DNA of 63,996 bases, counting the filler, from Malassezia furfur (lineage: Eukaryota), in assembly GCA_052055015.1 (NCBI GenBank). It is 3 parts of 3 records of this genome, joined end to end, with 100 filler letters (N's around TTAATTAATTAA, not from the genome) between each part and the next. Parts side by side here need not be neighbours in the genome. Positions count along the whole stretch, not along the records: positions 1 to 23,074 come from JBQJIT010000152.1; positions 23,175 to 46,226 come from JBQJIT010000153.1; 1 more part is not named here. One strand, written 5' to 3'. This document shows positions 21,474 through 32,786 of the stretch, piece after piece; positions within the stretch are counted from its first letter, which is position 1; each line of letters starts with the position of its first letter. The position numbers and the translations under genes are program-made. Below the pieces are notes generated by a model. It searched no databases. It saw only the letters and a list, made by a program, of their open reading frames with translations, and was not told where the DNA came from.

Positions 21474-23074
21474 ATGGACCGAGAGCGGAACCGGGGGCCT
21501 GCGCCCGCGGAGCCGGGCGCGGCACATGCCGCGCGGCATGCATCGTCCAGCCATCCCCATCGCTCGCGGCCAGAGCTGTCGAGCTACTTCTCGCGGATGC
21601 GCGTGAGTCGCTCGCGGCCGGTCGAGACGCCGATGCAGATGAGTACGCCGCAGGCCGAGCAAGGCATGCTCGAGCACATTGCGTTCGAGGACGACCCCAA
21701 CAAGCGCCTCGAGTGGCAGATGATGCTGCGCTCCGTGCTCGAGAGCGAGGTGCTCAGCAGCGAGACGAAGCGCATTACGTCCGTGGACGCCTCCGTGCCG
21801 GCGCCGAGCGAGTTTATGTACGAGATCTGGTTCAAGATGCGCGCCATGCACTTTGGCAATGCCGAGGGGCGCTACAACACAGACATCCAGCGCAAGGTAC
21901 TGCAAGAGATCCAGCAGCAGGTCATGCCGACGCTCATCGAGGACATCACGCGCGCGCGCGACTTTGGCGCTGTGTCGCCGTCGTCCGAGCGGCGGCGTAC
22001 GCCGGGCGAAGCGCCGCCGACGGCCGCCGCGGGCGATGCCGAGGACGACAACCTGACGCGTGCCTCGCCTGAGCAGCGTGCCGAGGCCATGCGCGAGGTT
22101 GCGGCGCTGCTCGCGCGCGTCGACGTGGCCGAGTCGCTCTTCCCGTCGCAGCGCCAGATGCTGGCGGCGTTCCCTGCGTGGGGCAGTCCCGCGGTGCAGC
22201 AAAAGCTCGCGGCGCTGTACTCGTGGTACAACATGACGCGCTCGCTGCAGGCACAGGCCGTGGTGCTCGCCAAGTGGACCGGGTCGCTTACGGGCCCGGG
22301 TGGGATCGTCGGCGCGTCGAGCTTGGCCAGTGGGGTCGGGCTGCCCGGCGTGGGTGCCTCGGATGCGGCCGAGCGCGGCGGTGACAGCGACGTGCACACC
22401 GACACGCGTGTCGAGGACATTTTCCGCGAGAGCAACCTGCAGCAAACGTTTGAGCGGCGCACGCTGCATGCGCTCAACCAGCTCGTGCTGAAAGCGCGCG
22501 AGACCACCGCGCTGTACCACACGGCGTTCCGTGCGATGCGTCTGCCGTCGTTTGAGCCCGACGTGCTGCCGCTGATCAAGTTCCCCATGTGGCTCGCCGA
22601 GGGTGCGCTGCGCCAGCGTCTCGCGTACGCGGACAAGCTGAAGGAGCCGAGCGTGCTGCTGGTCGAGTCGCTGTCCGAGGACCTGCGCACGGCGATAGCG
22701 CTTGCGTGCCGCATCAAGCTGCAGTACGCCGAGGCGACCGTGTCGGATCCCGAGCGCGGCTGGGATCTGCCGCTGCAGTCCGACGACGCGTTTGACGCGA
22801 CGGTGTGTTCTGCGCTCGTCTTCTTTTTCCGGCTGCTCCACTTCCGGCTGAAGAGCGTGGCGTACTTCAAGGAGGTCGACCTGCTCGAGCCCGAGTGGGA
22901 CTTTTTGTGCTCCGCGGTGAAGGTGATCCCCGGCGGCGATGCGATCGTCGCGCACAAGACGGCGTACATGGTGAACCGGCTGTTTGTGCGCATCATCGCC
23001 TACTTCCAGCGCGAGCTGCAGGCGCCGAGTGCGAAGCGTGCGTCGGCCGCCGCGCCGGCGCCCGCGTCGGACGC
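21474..23074 (+). CDS. Ssk2/Wis4-like MAPKKK, N-terminal regulatory region, truncated by assembly gap
   Basis: RLEWQMMLRSVLESEVLSSETKRI and LRLPSFE-like Ssk2 N-terminal motifs. The kinase domain is not visible. Confidence 0.7.
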
Positions 23075-23174
23075 NNNNNNNNNNNNNNNNNNNNNNNNNN
23101 NNNNNNNNNNNNNNNNNNTTAATTAATTAANNNNNNNNNNNNNNNNNNNNNNNNNNNNNNNNNNNNNNNNNNNN
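23075..23174. other. Assembly gap / artificial contig spacer (N44-TTAATTAATTAA-N44)
   Basis: N-run with a six-frame stop linker at 23119-23130. Confidence 0.97.
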
Positions 23175-23176
23175 TC

Positions 23177-24284
23177 ATGTTTGCTCGTGCCGCCCTGCGT
23201 AACAGCGTCCGCGCCCCGGCTTCGGCCCGCTACTTCTCGCAGACTGCGGCTGCGAACCGCAAGGTTGCCGTGCTCGGTGCCTCGGGCGGTATTGGCCAGC
23301 CCGTATGTTGCGCTTCGCTAACACACAGCTCTCGCTCCTGATGAAGCTCAACCCCAAGGTTACCGAGCTCCGCCTGTACGACATCCGCCTCGCTCCGGGT
23401 GTTGCTGCGGATCTCTCGCACATCAACACCCCCGCGGTGACTTCGGGCTACGCCCAGGACGACCTCGAGGGTGCCGTCGACGGTGCGGAGATTGTGCTGA
23501 TCCCCGCCGGTATGCCGCGCAAGCCCGGCATGACCCGTGACGACCTGTTCAACGTACGTGAATCAGCTTATACAGTCGAACGCCTCGATTGTCCGTGACC
23601 TCGCCAAGGTCGTGGCTAAGGTCGCCCCAAAGGCTTACATCGGCGTCATCTCGAACCCCGTCAACTCGACGGTGCCGATCGTCGCTGAGGTGTTCAAGAA
23701 GGCCGGTGTGTACGACCCCAAGCGCCTCTTCGGTGTGACCACGCTCGACACCACGCGCGCGGCCACCTTCCTGTCGGGCATTGCTGGCTCGGACCCGCAG
23801 ACCACCAACGTCCCCGTCATTGGTGGCCACTCGGGTGTGACCATTGTGCCCCTGATCTCGCAGGCCGCCCAGGGTGACAAGGTGCAGGCTGGCGAGCAGT
23901 ACGACAAGCTTGTGCACCGCATCCAGTTCGGTGGTGACGAGGTCGTCAAGGCCAAGGACGGTGCCGGCTCGGCGACGCTCTCGATGGCCTACGCCGCCGC
24001 TGTCTTCACCGAGGGCCTGCTCAAGGGTCTCGACGGTGAGGCGGTGACGCAGTGCACCTTCGTCGAGAGCCCCCTGTTCAAGGACCAGGTCGACTTCTTC
24101 GCCTCGCCCGTCGAGTTCGGCCCCGAGGGTGTGAAGAACATCCCTGCTCTGCCGAAGCTCACCGCCGAGGAGCAGAAGCTGCTCGACGCCTGCCTGCCCG
24201 ACCTTGCCAAGAGTACGTATATGAATGTGGTGGCTGACAACAGACATCAAGAAGGGCGTTGCGTGGGCCGCCGAGAACCCGTAA
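23177..24284 (+). CDS. MDH1: Mitochondrial malate dehydrogenase (Mala f 4-like allergen). Introns 23303-23328, 23554-23575, 24213-24243
   Basis: Presequence, [47 protein letters not shown] and GSATLSMA. All three introns restore conserved MDH sequence. Confidence 0.95.
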
Positions 24285-24393
24285 ATGCGCAAAGCAATCT
24301 TTTACGGAGCTTGCGCGAAGGAAAGGAAATGTACGTTTCTATAGAACGTAGATCTGTCCCTTTCCACCTATTTGTGCGTTGCATCGTGTGTGT

Positions 24394-25485
24394 CTACACA
24401 ACCTTTGTAACAGAGGTATCCACAAAGCGCGACACGTCCCAGCCCTGGGCCGGCGTCTGCAAAACACCGGCGTCCTCCAACACCTTGAGAGTGTGAAGTA
24501 GCATAGAAGACGAGAGCGTGTATGCATTCGTCTCACCTGCACGAGGGTCGGTCGATTTCTTGTTTTCGGGGTCGGGAGTCGTTTCACCCGCCCACCGCAC
24601 CGTCGACGCCCACTCCGCAATGTCTTCGGGCTTATAGTGATGGACGCTTTCAATAAAGGCATGCAGTGAGCCATCCTTGCGTGTTTCAGGATTCGCAAAG
24701 GACTTGATCGATTCATCCAACTTGTGCAAAAACATTTCTAGCGTGCTCTTTTGCGACTCGAGTGCCGTAGCCTTGCTCGCGGCAATGGTCCACGATGGCC
24801 ACGGCGTAGGCAATGCGCCGATAAAGCGCACTTCGCCCGAATCTTGGAAAGGTTTGGTCGTGAACCACTCCCTGAGTTAGCAAATAACATACCACATAAA
24901 GAATCCTGTCTCATGTCTGCGTCAGTTACATTACATACCCAGGCTTCTGGTTGACCCCATCGCGAAGAGTCTTGAAGTCATTGTTGACCACGAACTCTTG
25001 CGACTCAACCTTGCCGTCAGCGTCCGTCCAGCCTTGCTCGAGGCCAAGGACGCTAGCCATCAAGTGCGAGCCACTACCAAGGCGACTCACACCAACCTTT
25101 GCATGGCGCAAATCAGCCACGGTTTGGTACTTGCTGGCAGCAGGCGCCGTACCCGTAATAATCGCCCTGTGTAAGCCGGCAACGTACCAGTTGAGGCTAC
25201 TGCGTACATAGCTTCCAGCAAGAGCATAGTCATCACGTCCTTTGGCAATTCCGGCAATGAGCCCTTCGGTGAGGGCCACGGCGACGTCGATTTTTTGACC
25301 ACCCGGGCTGTTCGCATCCAGCGAGCTCAGCATTTGGCCCGTGCCAGACGCCTGCTCCACGAGCTGAATGTGTTCTTTTCCCTAACATTAGATGTACGAC
25401 ATACCCATTCCGTTTCGGCCAACTTGAGCAACGGTGCCGCAAAGTGCTCCGGCACATATCCGACGCGCAAAACAGAGCTGGTCAT
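24394..25485 (-). CDS. Periplasmic-binding-protein type 2 fold protein (NMT1/THI5-like, Ca3427-type). Introns 25382-25404, 24917-24938, 24872-24892
   Basis: [35 protein letters not shown] and spliced FMWEWFTTKP...TPWPSW motifs. Confidence 0.8.
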
Positions 25486-25565
25486 GGTGGATGGAAACCA
25501 GCCGGCTTCGTCCCCACATCACGTGGGTGGGCCGTGCGTTGGCACCTGCGCGTCGAATTCTCGCA

Positions 25566-26346
25566 TTAGACGTGCACAGGCCCAGCAGGGTAGCCGCGGT
25601 AGTGCAGCAAAACTGCCTGCTGGTAGTGCCAGCGCAAAAAGTTGTCGTTCGGGTGGACGAAGCAACTGCCAGTAAACCGTGTCCTGTCAAAAGTTCGGCC
25701 ATGAATGCCCATGGTATACAGAGCTGGCCATAGCCCAAACACGTGAATGGCATAGGTCCCTTCCTGTGGTTAGACCGTCACGCACAGAGGGATAAATGGC
25801 CACATCGTAGTTTGAAAATGCGTCGCACATTGTATGACTGAGCAACAACACGTTCGTGATGCCTGTCACGTCTTCGTGCGCACCTGCGAGCGTATGCCGC
25901 AAACCCGTAAATGCGTACGGAACAATGTCACAGATGCACTCGCCTTCCTCCCCAGAGATCACACAGCGGCTGTCGCGCTCTTTGGCCAGTGTTGTTAGAA
26001 TGCTGGTCAGGTAACTGGGCCGTATTGCACCTGTCAATGGAGCAATGTAAGGCCCATACTGCAAAGGAAGACTGACCAGTCGACCATCCTTCGGCTTGCC
26101 AAACAAGTACCTGCCAGAGAAGAGATCATCCAGTTGATTAACAGTCTTTCCATATACCGTACGCAGCTCTCCAATATACTCGGGATCGTGGACACATTGA
26201 CGAATGCAATGGAGTACAAAGCACCAATTGAGATTCCCACTAGACTTGAGCGAGCCAACGGGGATGATGCAGAGGCGTAGCCCACTGGGTTCAAACACTT
26301 CTATTGCCCCATGATTGGGCCATTGGTTCATGGTTAAACCGAACAT
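25566..26346 (-). CDS. Fungal HNH_2 endonuclease-like protein, degenerate. Intron 25764-25785
   Basis: ERDSRCVISG...IVP...NVLLL...AF.NY..AIYP, and after splicing HPNDNFLRWHYQQAVL. Confidence 0.65.
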
Positions 26347-26557
26347 GAAAGGAAAAGAGCGAGAGCACTAGGATACGGGACGGAGCAAGCGAGCTCGGTG
26401 CCCTATATATGTCTCTACGGCACTCCCCATGCACACGGCACGAGAGCTATACAGATACATACGCTTACAGAACTGCAGGTGTGCAGAGACCGGGATATGC
26501 AGGGGCCCTTAAAGCTTCGTTTTAAGCAACGATCGGGCGAGAAGGGAGGGGTATATG

Positions 26558-27683
26558 TCAAACTGGTGCAGGTGCCTCCACCAGAGAGGGTGATACACCC
26601 GTTTGTGATTGGGCGTTACGCGCGCGGTGCGAATCTGTGTTCTTCTCGGCGAATAGGGCACAGTCTTGCTGCACCTTTTGCTCCAGCTGTACCACGGCTC
26701 CTGCAAGAAGTTCAATTTGGCGTCGGGCCTGTCCGAGCGTTTGCGCCTCTTCCTGCAGGAGCGTGGCAATTTGTACATTTGCGATCTCTTCAGGCGACGT
26801 TGATGGTACTGGCTTGGCCGAGTTGCCAAACTGGAAATATTCGGTGCGGCCAACGTCCAACAGCTGTGATAGGCTTGACGTGCTTTGCTCCAATGTAAGA
26901 AGCACTGCAGCAAAGTTTTGGCTGATCATGACAATGATGTCGTATGTCGTCAACTCGGAGAAAATACGGGCCCACCAAGGCTGTGGATCCGAAACAATCA
27001 ATTGGATCTGAAATGCAAAGGTGCATGCCTGAAGTAGGAGGCCCCACTGGGTTAGAGAGGGACGTACGTAGGTACCGGCACCAACCGCGTGGCTTCTCCC
27101 GCGCCCAATGAGCCATGCAAGTGCCTGCATGCCCAGAAATTGGAACTGAAGAGCAAAAATCATCCTCACGCCTTGAATAAGAAACTCGCGCATGGTGCTG
27201 AGTCTGCGCCACGAATCTGGATCCTCGCCAAACCTCAAGGTGAGTGTGAGATACGTACCGGTCGTATGCGTAGCGCAGCAATGGATCAGACAACACCGTA
27301 TAGGCGTGCTGCAGTCTTAGAAACAGCCCTTCGTGCTCGAGGCCTGCCTTGTCGGGGTGGTAAATCCGCGCAAAGTAGCGATATTTTTGCTTGATTTCGT
27401 GTTCTGTAGCAGATGGACTCAGTCCGAGAACAGTGTATAGGTTCTGCGGTAATCCTGTATAGCTGCGCACCACACAATAGGCCAGGTATAGCAGTACGAC
27501 CATCAACCGCGCTACATGCCAGTGTGTGATCGCTGCGGCGCTTTTTGGCGGAGGTCGGTGCAGCCGAAATGGGCCCGGCAGACCATACGCAGCTTGAAGG
27601 AGCATGCGAATGCCGAAGCTTTCCGCTGCACCCCAGGCGCCCCAGAGCAGGACTTGATTGACGACGGCCTTCACTAAGCTCAT
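26558..27683 (-). CDS. Membrane-associated DnaJ-domain protein. Introns 27234-27258 and probably 27047-27067; 3' end uncertain
   Basis: NLYTVLGL...IKQKYR...YHPDK...AYTVLSDP..RYAYDRFG J-domain flanked by TM segments. Confidence 0.8.
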
Positions 27684-27758
27684 GGTGGAAAGGGGTGTGG
27701 ATTTAAGTTGGCACGTGCGCGTATCCTCGCAGGTTCGAGTGTTGGATCGCGCCGCGAC

Positions 27759-30321
27759 ATGCAAGTCCGGCGTGAACGAGGCATGGTCCGAGGAAGGAGT
27801 ATAGACACGCCGTATGAAATTGAAGACGCTGGGCCGTTTGACGAACAGGTGGAACTGTCCCTCTTGCACGATGGGAAGCCGCCCAGCCCTGGAGATGCCG
27901 AGTCGCAGCTGTTCGACGAGGACCATACGCTCCAAATGGTACGCCAAGTCGTACCGGAAACCGATATACCGACACTGCCATCTCTGACCTTTCGCTCAGT
28001 GGTACTAGGAAGCATTTTTACAATCCTTGGCGCAGGGATGTCACAACTGTTTTTCTACAAGTCAAACGCGCCGGTGTTTAGCAGCTACTTTGTGATCCTG
28101 GTCACTCTGCCGATGGCTCGCTGGATGGCAAGCGCATTACCGGATCGTGTGATTAATCTGTTTGGATGGCGATTCCGTCTGAACCCAGGGCCATTTAGTG
28201 CGAAAGAGCACGTCCTAATTGCCGTAACCGTGACGTCCGGTGCGACGAGCGCCTATGCCTCGGATATCATCAACATTCAAGAGCTCTTCTTCCACCAGCA
28301 CATGAGTGCGATTCCTGCCCTGACTCTCCTTATTACAACGCAGGTGATTGGGTTCGGGTTTGCGGGGCTGGTCTACGACCTGCTGGTGCGCCCGCCCTCT
28401 ATGGTGTACCCCAGCACACTCGTGACTGTTTCCTTGTTCAATACACTGCACGACACAGAGTCATCATTGACGCGCATCCGGATGCGTTTCTTTCTTCTGG
28501 TGTTTGGAGGCATTTTTGTATACCAGTTTCTACCCACCACCTTGTTCCCTACGCTCAGCAGCATCGCTACGCTCTGCTATGTGCATCGCAGCCGCGTGAC
28601 GCAAATCCTGAGCTCAGGCTACCGCGGGTTCGGTATTCTCAACTTCAGCTTTGACTGGAATGTGGTGGGGTCTAGCGGTCCTCTATTCCAACCATGGTGG
28701 GCGGCGCTGAATTTCTACGCTGGGATCATGGGTATGATGTATGTGATCATGCCACTCCTCTACTTTTTCAATTTCTGGGAAGCCCAGTCATTCCCAGCTG
28801 TGCTCAGCTCAGGGCTGTTCACAAGCAACTACACAAAATTTGATGTGGATGGCGTGCTCAAGAAGGACAACAGTTTGGATGACGCGGCATGGGAGCAGAA
28901 CAAGCCCATGTTACTTACGCCCTTTTGTACGTGACGCACTCACCCAGTTGCACTCTCGTATGGTATTTCAGTATGTTTTCTGCTGACCTAGTTTGCGGTG
29001 TTGACTAGCACGGTACGTCAGACGCTAATGCAGATTACCCATGTGCTGTTGTGGCACGGCAAGGAGATCAAAAAGGCGTTATTTAATCCCGTGTATTCGG
29101 CAGGTGCTCTGCGCTAACCCAGGATGTGCACAACAAACTTATGCAGTCTTACCCCCTCGTGCCCCAATCCTGGTATCTCTGGACGCTCGCGCTCTCGCTC
29201 GGCTCGGCGTCAGTCCTGGTCATGACCACCCCGCTGCAGTTCCCAGTATGGGGACTGCTATTGTCGGTGGGCATGTCGCTGTTTTTCCTGATCCCCATTG
29301 GCATCTTGAAGGCTGTCAGTGATACTGGCGTTGGACTGAACGTGATTACTGAGTACGTGATGTTCTCACCCAGATTTGTCGCAGGTTTCCTCATCCCCGG
29401 CAAACCGATCGGAAGTGCGTTTGCTCGCTGCTGACGCAGACGTATGCTGGAAGTGTTACGGGTACATGAGCTGTGCACAGGCGCTGGACTTAATCGGCGA
29501 CATGAAGCTGGCGCATTATATGAGTACGTCTCTTGACTGATCACAGAAATCAACCCGAAACACATGTATGTACCCGCATCGTCTGACTCGCAGGTTTTTG
29601 TCGCAGTTGCTGTACGTGAGAGACTGACGCAGTGGCACGGTAATCGGGTGTTTCATGAACTACCTGGTCGTGTGTATTGTGCTTGCGCCGCAGAACGGGT
29701 ACCGCCAATTTCTAGACGGAAGCGGTACGTCCCTGGCTGACCCAGTGCCGGATCCAAGTGGCCAATGGGATGGACGGTTCGTGACAAGGCTCATCGCAGC
29801 AAAGTGCACATCTTTCGATCGGCGTCGATCATTTGGGGTGCAGTTGGCCCCGAGCGCTTCTTTGCAGGGCGATACCGCAGCCTGTACTGGGGCTTCGCGC
29901 TTGGTGTGCTGATTCCTCTGGTACCCTGGTTGCTCCACAAGCGTCTGGAGCGGGCGAAGCGAATGGTCTTGCGCGAGTCGGTGTTCAGCAAGACGGTCGT
30001 GCCCATCATCCTACACGGCGCTATTGCACCGCCAGCAACGCCGACCAACGTACGTGACATGGCTGACCCAGATCATCTTGGGCGGGCTGGTCTGTGCGTA
30101 CTTGTCGCAAAAATGGGCCCGTGAGCGCCACCCCGAGTGGTTTGGCAAATTCAAGTACGTGCAACGCTCACCCCAGCTATGTGCTTTCCGCAGCCCTCGA
30201 TGCTGGTGCATCGATCAACGCGCTTTCAGTGTTTGTCCTGTCCATTACGGTTTTCCGCTGGTGGGGCCTGCCCCACTTCTTTGCCGGAACCGACGCGGAG
30301 CACTGTCAGGTTGCCTCGTAG
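27759..30321 (+). CDS. OPT-family oligopeptide transporter with 13 introns of 21-28 nt
   Basis: LTFRSVVLG, NPGPFSAKEH, QVIGFGFAG, and after splicing DVHNKLM, GLNVITEFVAGFLIPGKPIGN, DMKLAHYMKINP, IWGAVGP and NYVLSAALDAG. Confidence 0.92.
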
Positions 30322-30376
30322 GATGACTAAGCATGGTCTGCGCGCGGTTAGCGTGACGCCACCGTCTAGCGGAGAT

Positions 30377-31477
30377 ATGTGGGGTGGCAGGCTGGTTCCT
30401 GGTTTCTTTTTTTTAGTGCCCGGCCTGTGGCTGGTGGACGCCATGATCATTCCTTCTGATGGTGCATCGCGAACGCGTACCGTTTCATTGGAACGACGAC
30501 AAAGCCCGAGCTCGTCGTCCGGAGGCGATTACAACCCTTCGCCGACGAACGACCCGGGACCCTCGGGCGGTCCGATCTTCAGCTACCCGTTTATCACCCT
30601 GGCTGTTGTGGCAGTCGCCGTATTTGTGCTCATCACCATTCTAATTGCTGTACGCATGACGGTCTGGAATCGCCGCGCGCGTCAGCGTATGCTGGACATG
30701 AACGATGAGTATTTCACCCACCCCTTCGGCGGCGTTCAAAGACCGGCAATGGACCCTATCAAACCCCCACCGATTCTAGAGAAGAAGATTGCGCCGGCTG
30801 CTACGCATCACCGGCTCCCCTTCACCCATGCGACAGCCGATTGGAGCGCACTGCAGCCCGTCTCTGTGTGCTTCGATCAGGAAACCTCGGACGCCATCCG
30901 TGCCTCGTCGGGCACACAACAAGATCCGAACGAGACGATGTCGCTCAAGGTGCAAGTTACGTGTCTTGTAAGCCTGCCGACGGCACGCACTGTATTCCCC
31001 GACCGGCTGCGCCGGCGGCCACTCAAGGACGCCAAGGCCTCTATACTAAACCCCTTGTTCCACGGCGTTCATGGCAGGCCCAGCTATGAGGGCGATCTAA
31101 CAGGCGATCTCTCGCGTGTATCATCCGTCAAGCGTGCGGGCAGTGTCTATTCCCGCATGTCAGCCAAGGAGGCAAGTGATGCCCGTCGCGATGCTTATTT
31201 CGAAAATATGGAGAAATCGGCACAGATTGGTGGTCCTGGCTTGGCCCCGCCCAAGCCGGATCTCTCGCGTCGCAACTCACGCACGTCGATGGCCACTGAC
31301 AACGAGGCCAAGGGCGAGGATGTGGAGCATGTGGGCATTTTTGCCTTCGGCTCGGTGGTACTGCCTGTGATCAAGGGCAAGGGCAAGGAGTTGTTTTTCG
31401 AGAAGAACGGGCATCTGAAGAGGTCGGACGTGATGGCACTGATGGAGCATGCACAGCGTGCCCAAGGCCCGACGTAG
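30377..31477 (+). CDS. Hypothetical single-pass membrane protein with signal peptide
   Basis: N-terminal hydrophobic stretch, short S/P/G-rich ectodomain, one long TM (FITLAVVAVAVFVLITILIAV) followed by a basic stop-transfer. Start codon uncertain (30323 also possible). Confidence 0.7.
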   Translation: MWGGRLVPGFFFLVPGLWLVDAMIIPSDGASRTRTVSLERRQSPSSSSGGDYNPSPTNDPGPSGGPIFSYPFITLAVVAVAVFVLITILIAVRMTVWNRRARQRMLDMNDEYFTHPFGGVQRPAMDPIKPPPILEKKIAPAATHHRLPFTHATADWSALQPVSVCFDQETSDAIRASSGTQQDPNETMSLKVQVTCLVSLPTARTVFPDRLRRRPLKDAKASILNPLFHGVHGRPSYEGDLTGDLSRVSSVKRAGSVYSRMSAKEASDARRDAYFENMEKSAQIGGPGLAPPKPDLSRRNSRTSMATDNEAKGEDVEHVGIFAFGSVVLPVIKGKGKELFFEKNGHLKRSDVMALMEHAQRAQGPT

Positions 31478-31510
31478 TTTTAGCGTATTTTTGTAGAGTT
31501 TCTATACCCC

Positions 31511-32649
31511 TCACGACCATGTGTTTCGCATAATCGTCATGATCGCCTCCTCTACGTTGTCCGCAATGAGCGTAGGCTTGTGTGCCGGAGGACCTTCCAC
31601 ATCGCGGTATACACCCGTACGCACGAGCGCCGACGACCAGCCGAAGTTGTTTGCACCCATGATGTCGGACGCAGGGTTGTCACCAATCATCCAAATGTTT
31701 TCAGGAGCGACATGGATGTCGTTGCCATTCGACGCACGGTTCAGCAGCATTTGGAGAAGCTCGTTGGCATACTCATACGTCATCTGCTCGGGCTTCCCAA
31801 AGGTGATCGCATTCATCTCGTCTCCATCAGTGACGCGCTTGTACACGGCCTCAAGCGCCGTACGGAAGGCGCCTTGACCAAGACGGGGAAGCGCAAAGTT
31901 GTTTCCCCACAAAAGATCGCCATGCGAAAAGTAGATAGGAATCTTGCGACGCTTCCGCAATTCCTCATTGGTAACCATCGTGCCAAACACGCCCTGATCC
32001 GAACGCAAGATGTCCAGGCAGTACTGGATATCGCGGCCCCACTCACGGCTGTCATGGAACACGAAAATCGCTTCAAATTGAACCTTAGAGAAGTCGGCGT
32101 GTCGCACCGCAACCTGTTGCTCAGGGTCAGGATCCGCGTAAGGGAAGGACGCGGGCGCATAAGCGTGCAAGTCAAAGGCCGTGTACACCTGATTAAAGCC
32201 ATACCTGCGTTAGTTTGCTGTACATACGATTCCAACACAGAACGAGAGCCACCAGGCGGCAGGTTGGGTCCACCGATCATCAGGACCGGCTTGTCCGCAT
32301 ACAGCGAAACCAACGATTGCATTACCGTGTGAGCCTGAATGACTTGTTCTGGTACAATTTTTTGCTGAAAGTCATCAGAGAGATCCAGAGCACGCTTCGC
32401 CTCTTCTTTTCCACCGCTGTTTGTGATGAATAGGTAAGGCACCTTGGTTTGCCAGGGATTATCTCCTTCCAGCATCTTGAGTGTTCGCACGGCCTCCGGA
32501 AGCACAACCGACCCTTGCTTCAGTACGCCATCAATGTCAAAGGCAATAGCAAGTGGTGTGCGTTGCTTTGTTGTGGCGATGGTGCGCGTCAGGAACCGTG
32601 CAGATCCCAAACCGCGCGTGCCCCGCAGACCACTACGTAGAAAGCTCAT
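31511..32649 (-). CDS. HAD-superfamily IIA hydrolase, CECR5/HDHD5-like, probably mitochondrial. Intron 32205-32227
   Basis: AFDIDGVL, FITNSGG, PRLGQGAF, FGKPE and MIGDNPASDI motifs with an Arg-rich presequence. Confidence 0.88.
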
Positions 32650-32786
32650 TTGGATACAACACCAAGAGCGACCTCGCCTGACGTAAGCGTTCAAAGATCT
32701 GCGCACGGTCCCACGTGGACGGGCCAACGGGGCCAGCTAGGGCAGGGGGGGTAGGGTGGCGCTGCGTTGAATCCACCATTGCTAAG

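Noticed and set aside
18457..21606. Very long antisense or alternative-frame ORFs (1049 aa here; also 14594-16516, 41578-43818, 51622-53844, 8554-10353, 1832-3427)
   Set aside because: These are shadows of real genes on the opposite strand, caused by high GC3 and scarce stop codons. They are Arg/Ala-rich with no motifs.
10426..23074. Two MAPKKK genes within ~10 kb as a signalling cluster
   Set aside because: They are separated by unrelated housekeeping genes, and chance proximity is plausible in a compact genome.
23075..23174. Palindromic TTAATTAATTAA within Ns (also 46271-46282) as a biological element or piggyBac TTAA site
   Set aside because: It is an identical six-frame-stop linker centred in 100-bp N-runs, i.e. 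an artificial contig joiner. Gene adjacency across the gaps is also unproven.
25566..26346. HNH-like gene as an active mobile element
   Set aside because: No terminal repeats, target-site duplication or transposase/RT, and the catalytic residues appear lost.
28927..30321. OPT 3' half (and MDH, YOS1, thioesterase, ARL3) as frameshifted pseudogenes
   Set aside because: Every frame break coincides with a donor-branch-AG micro-intron whose removal restores conserved sequence.
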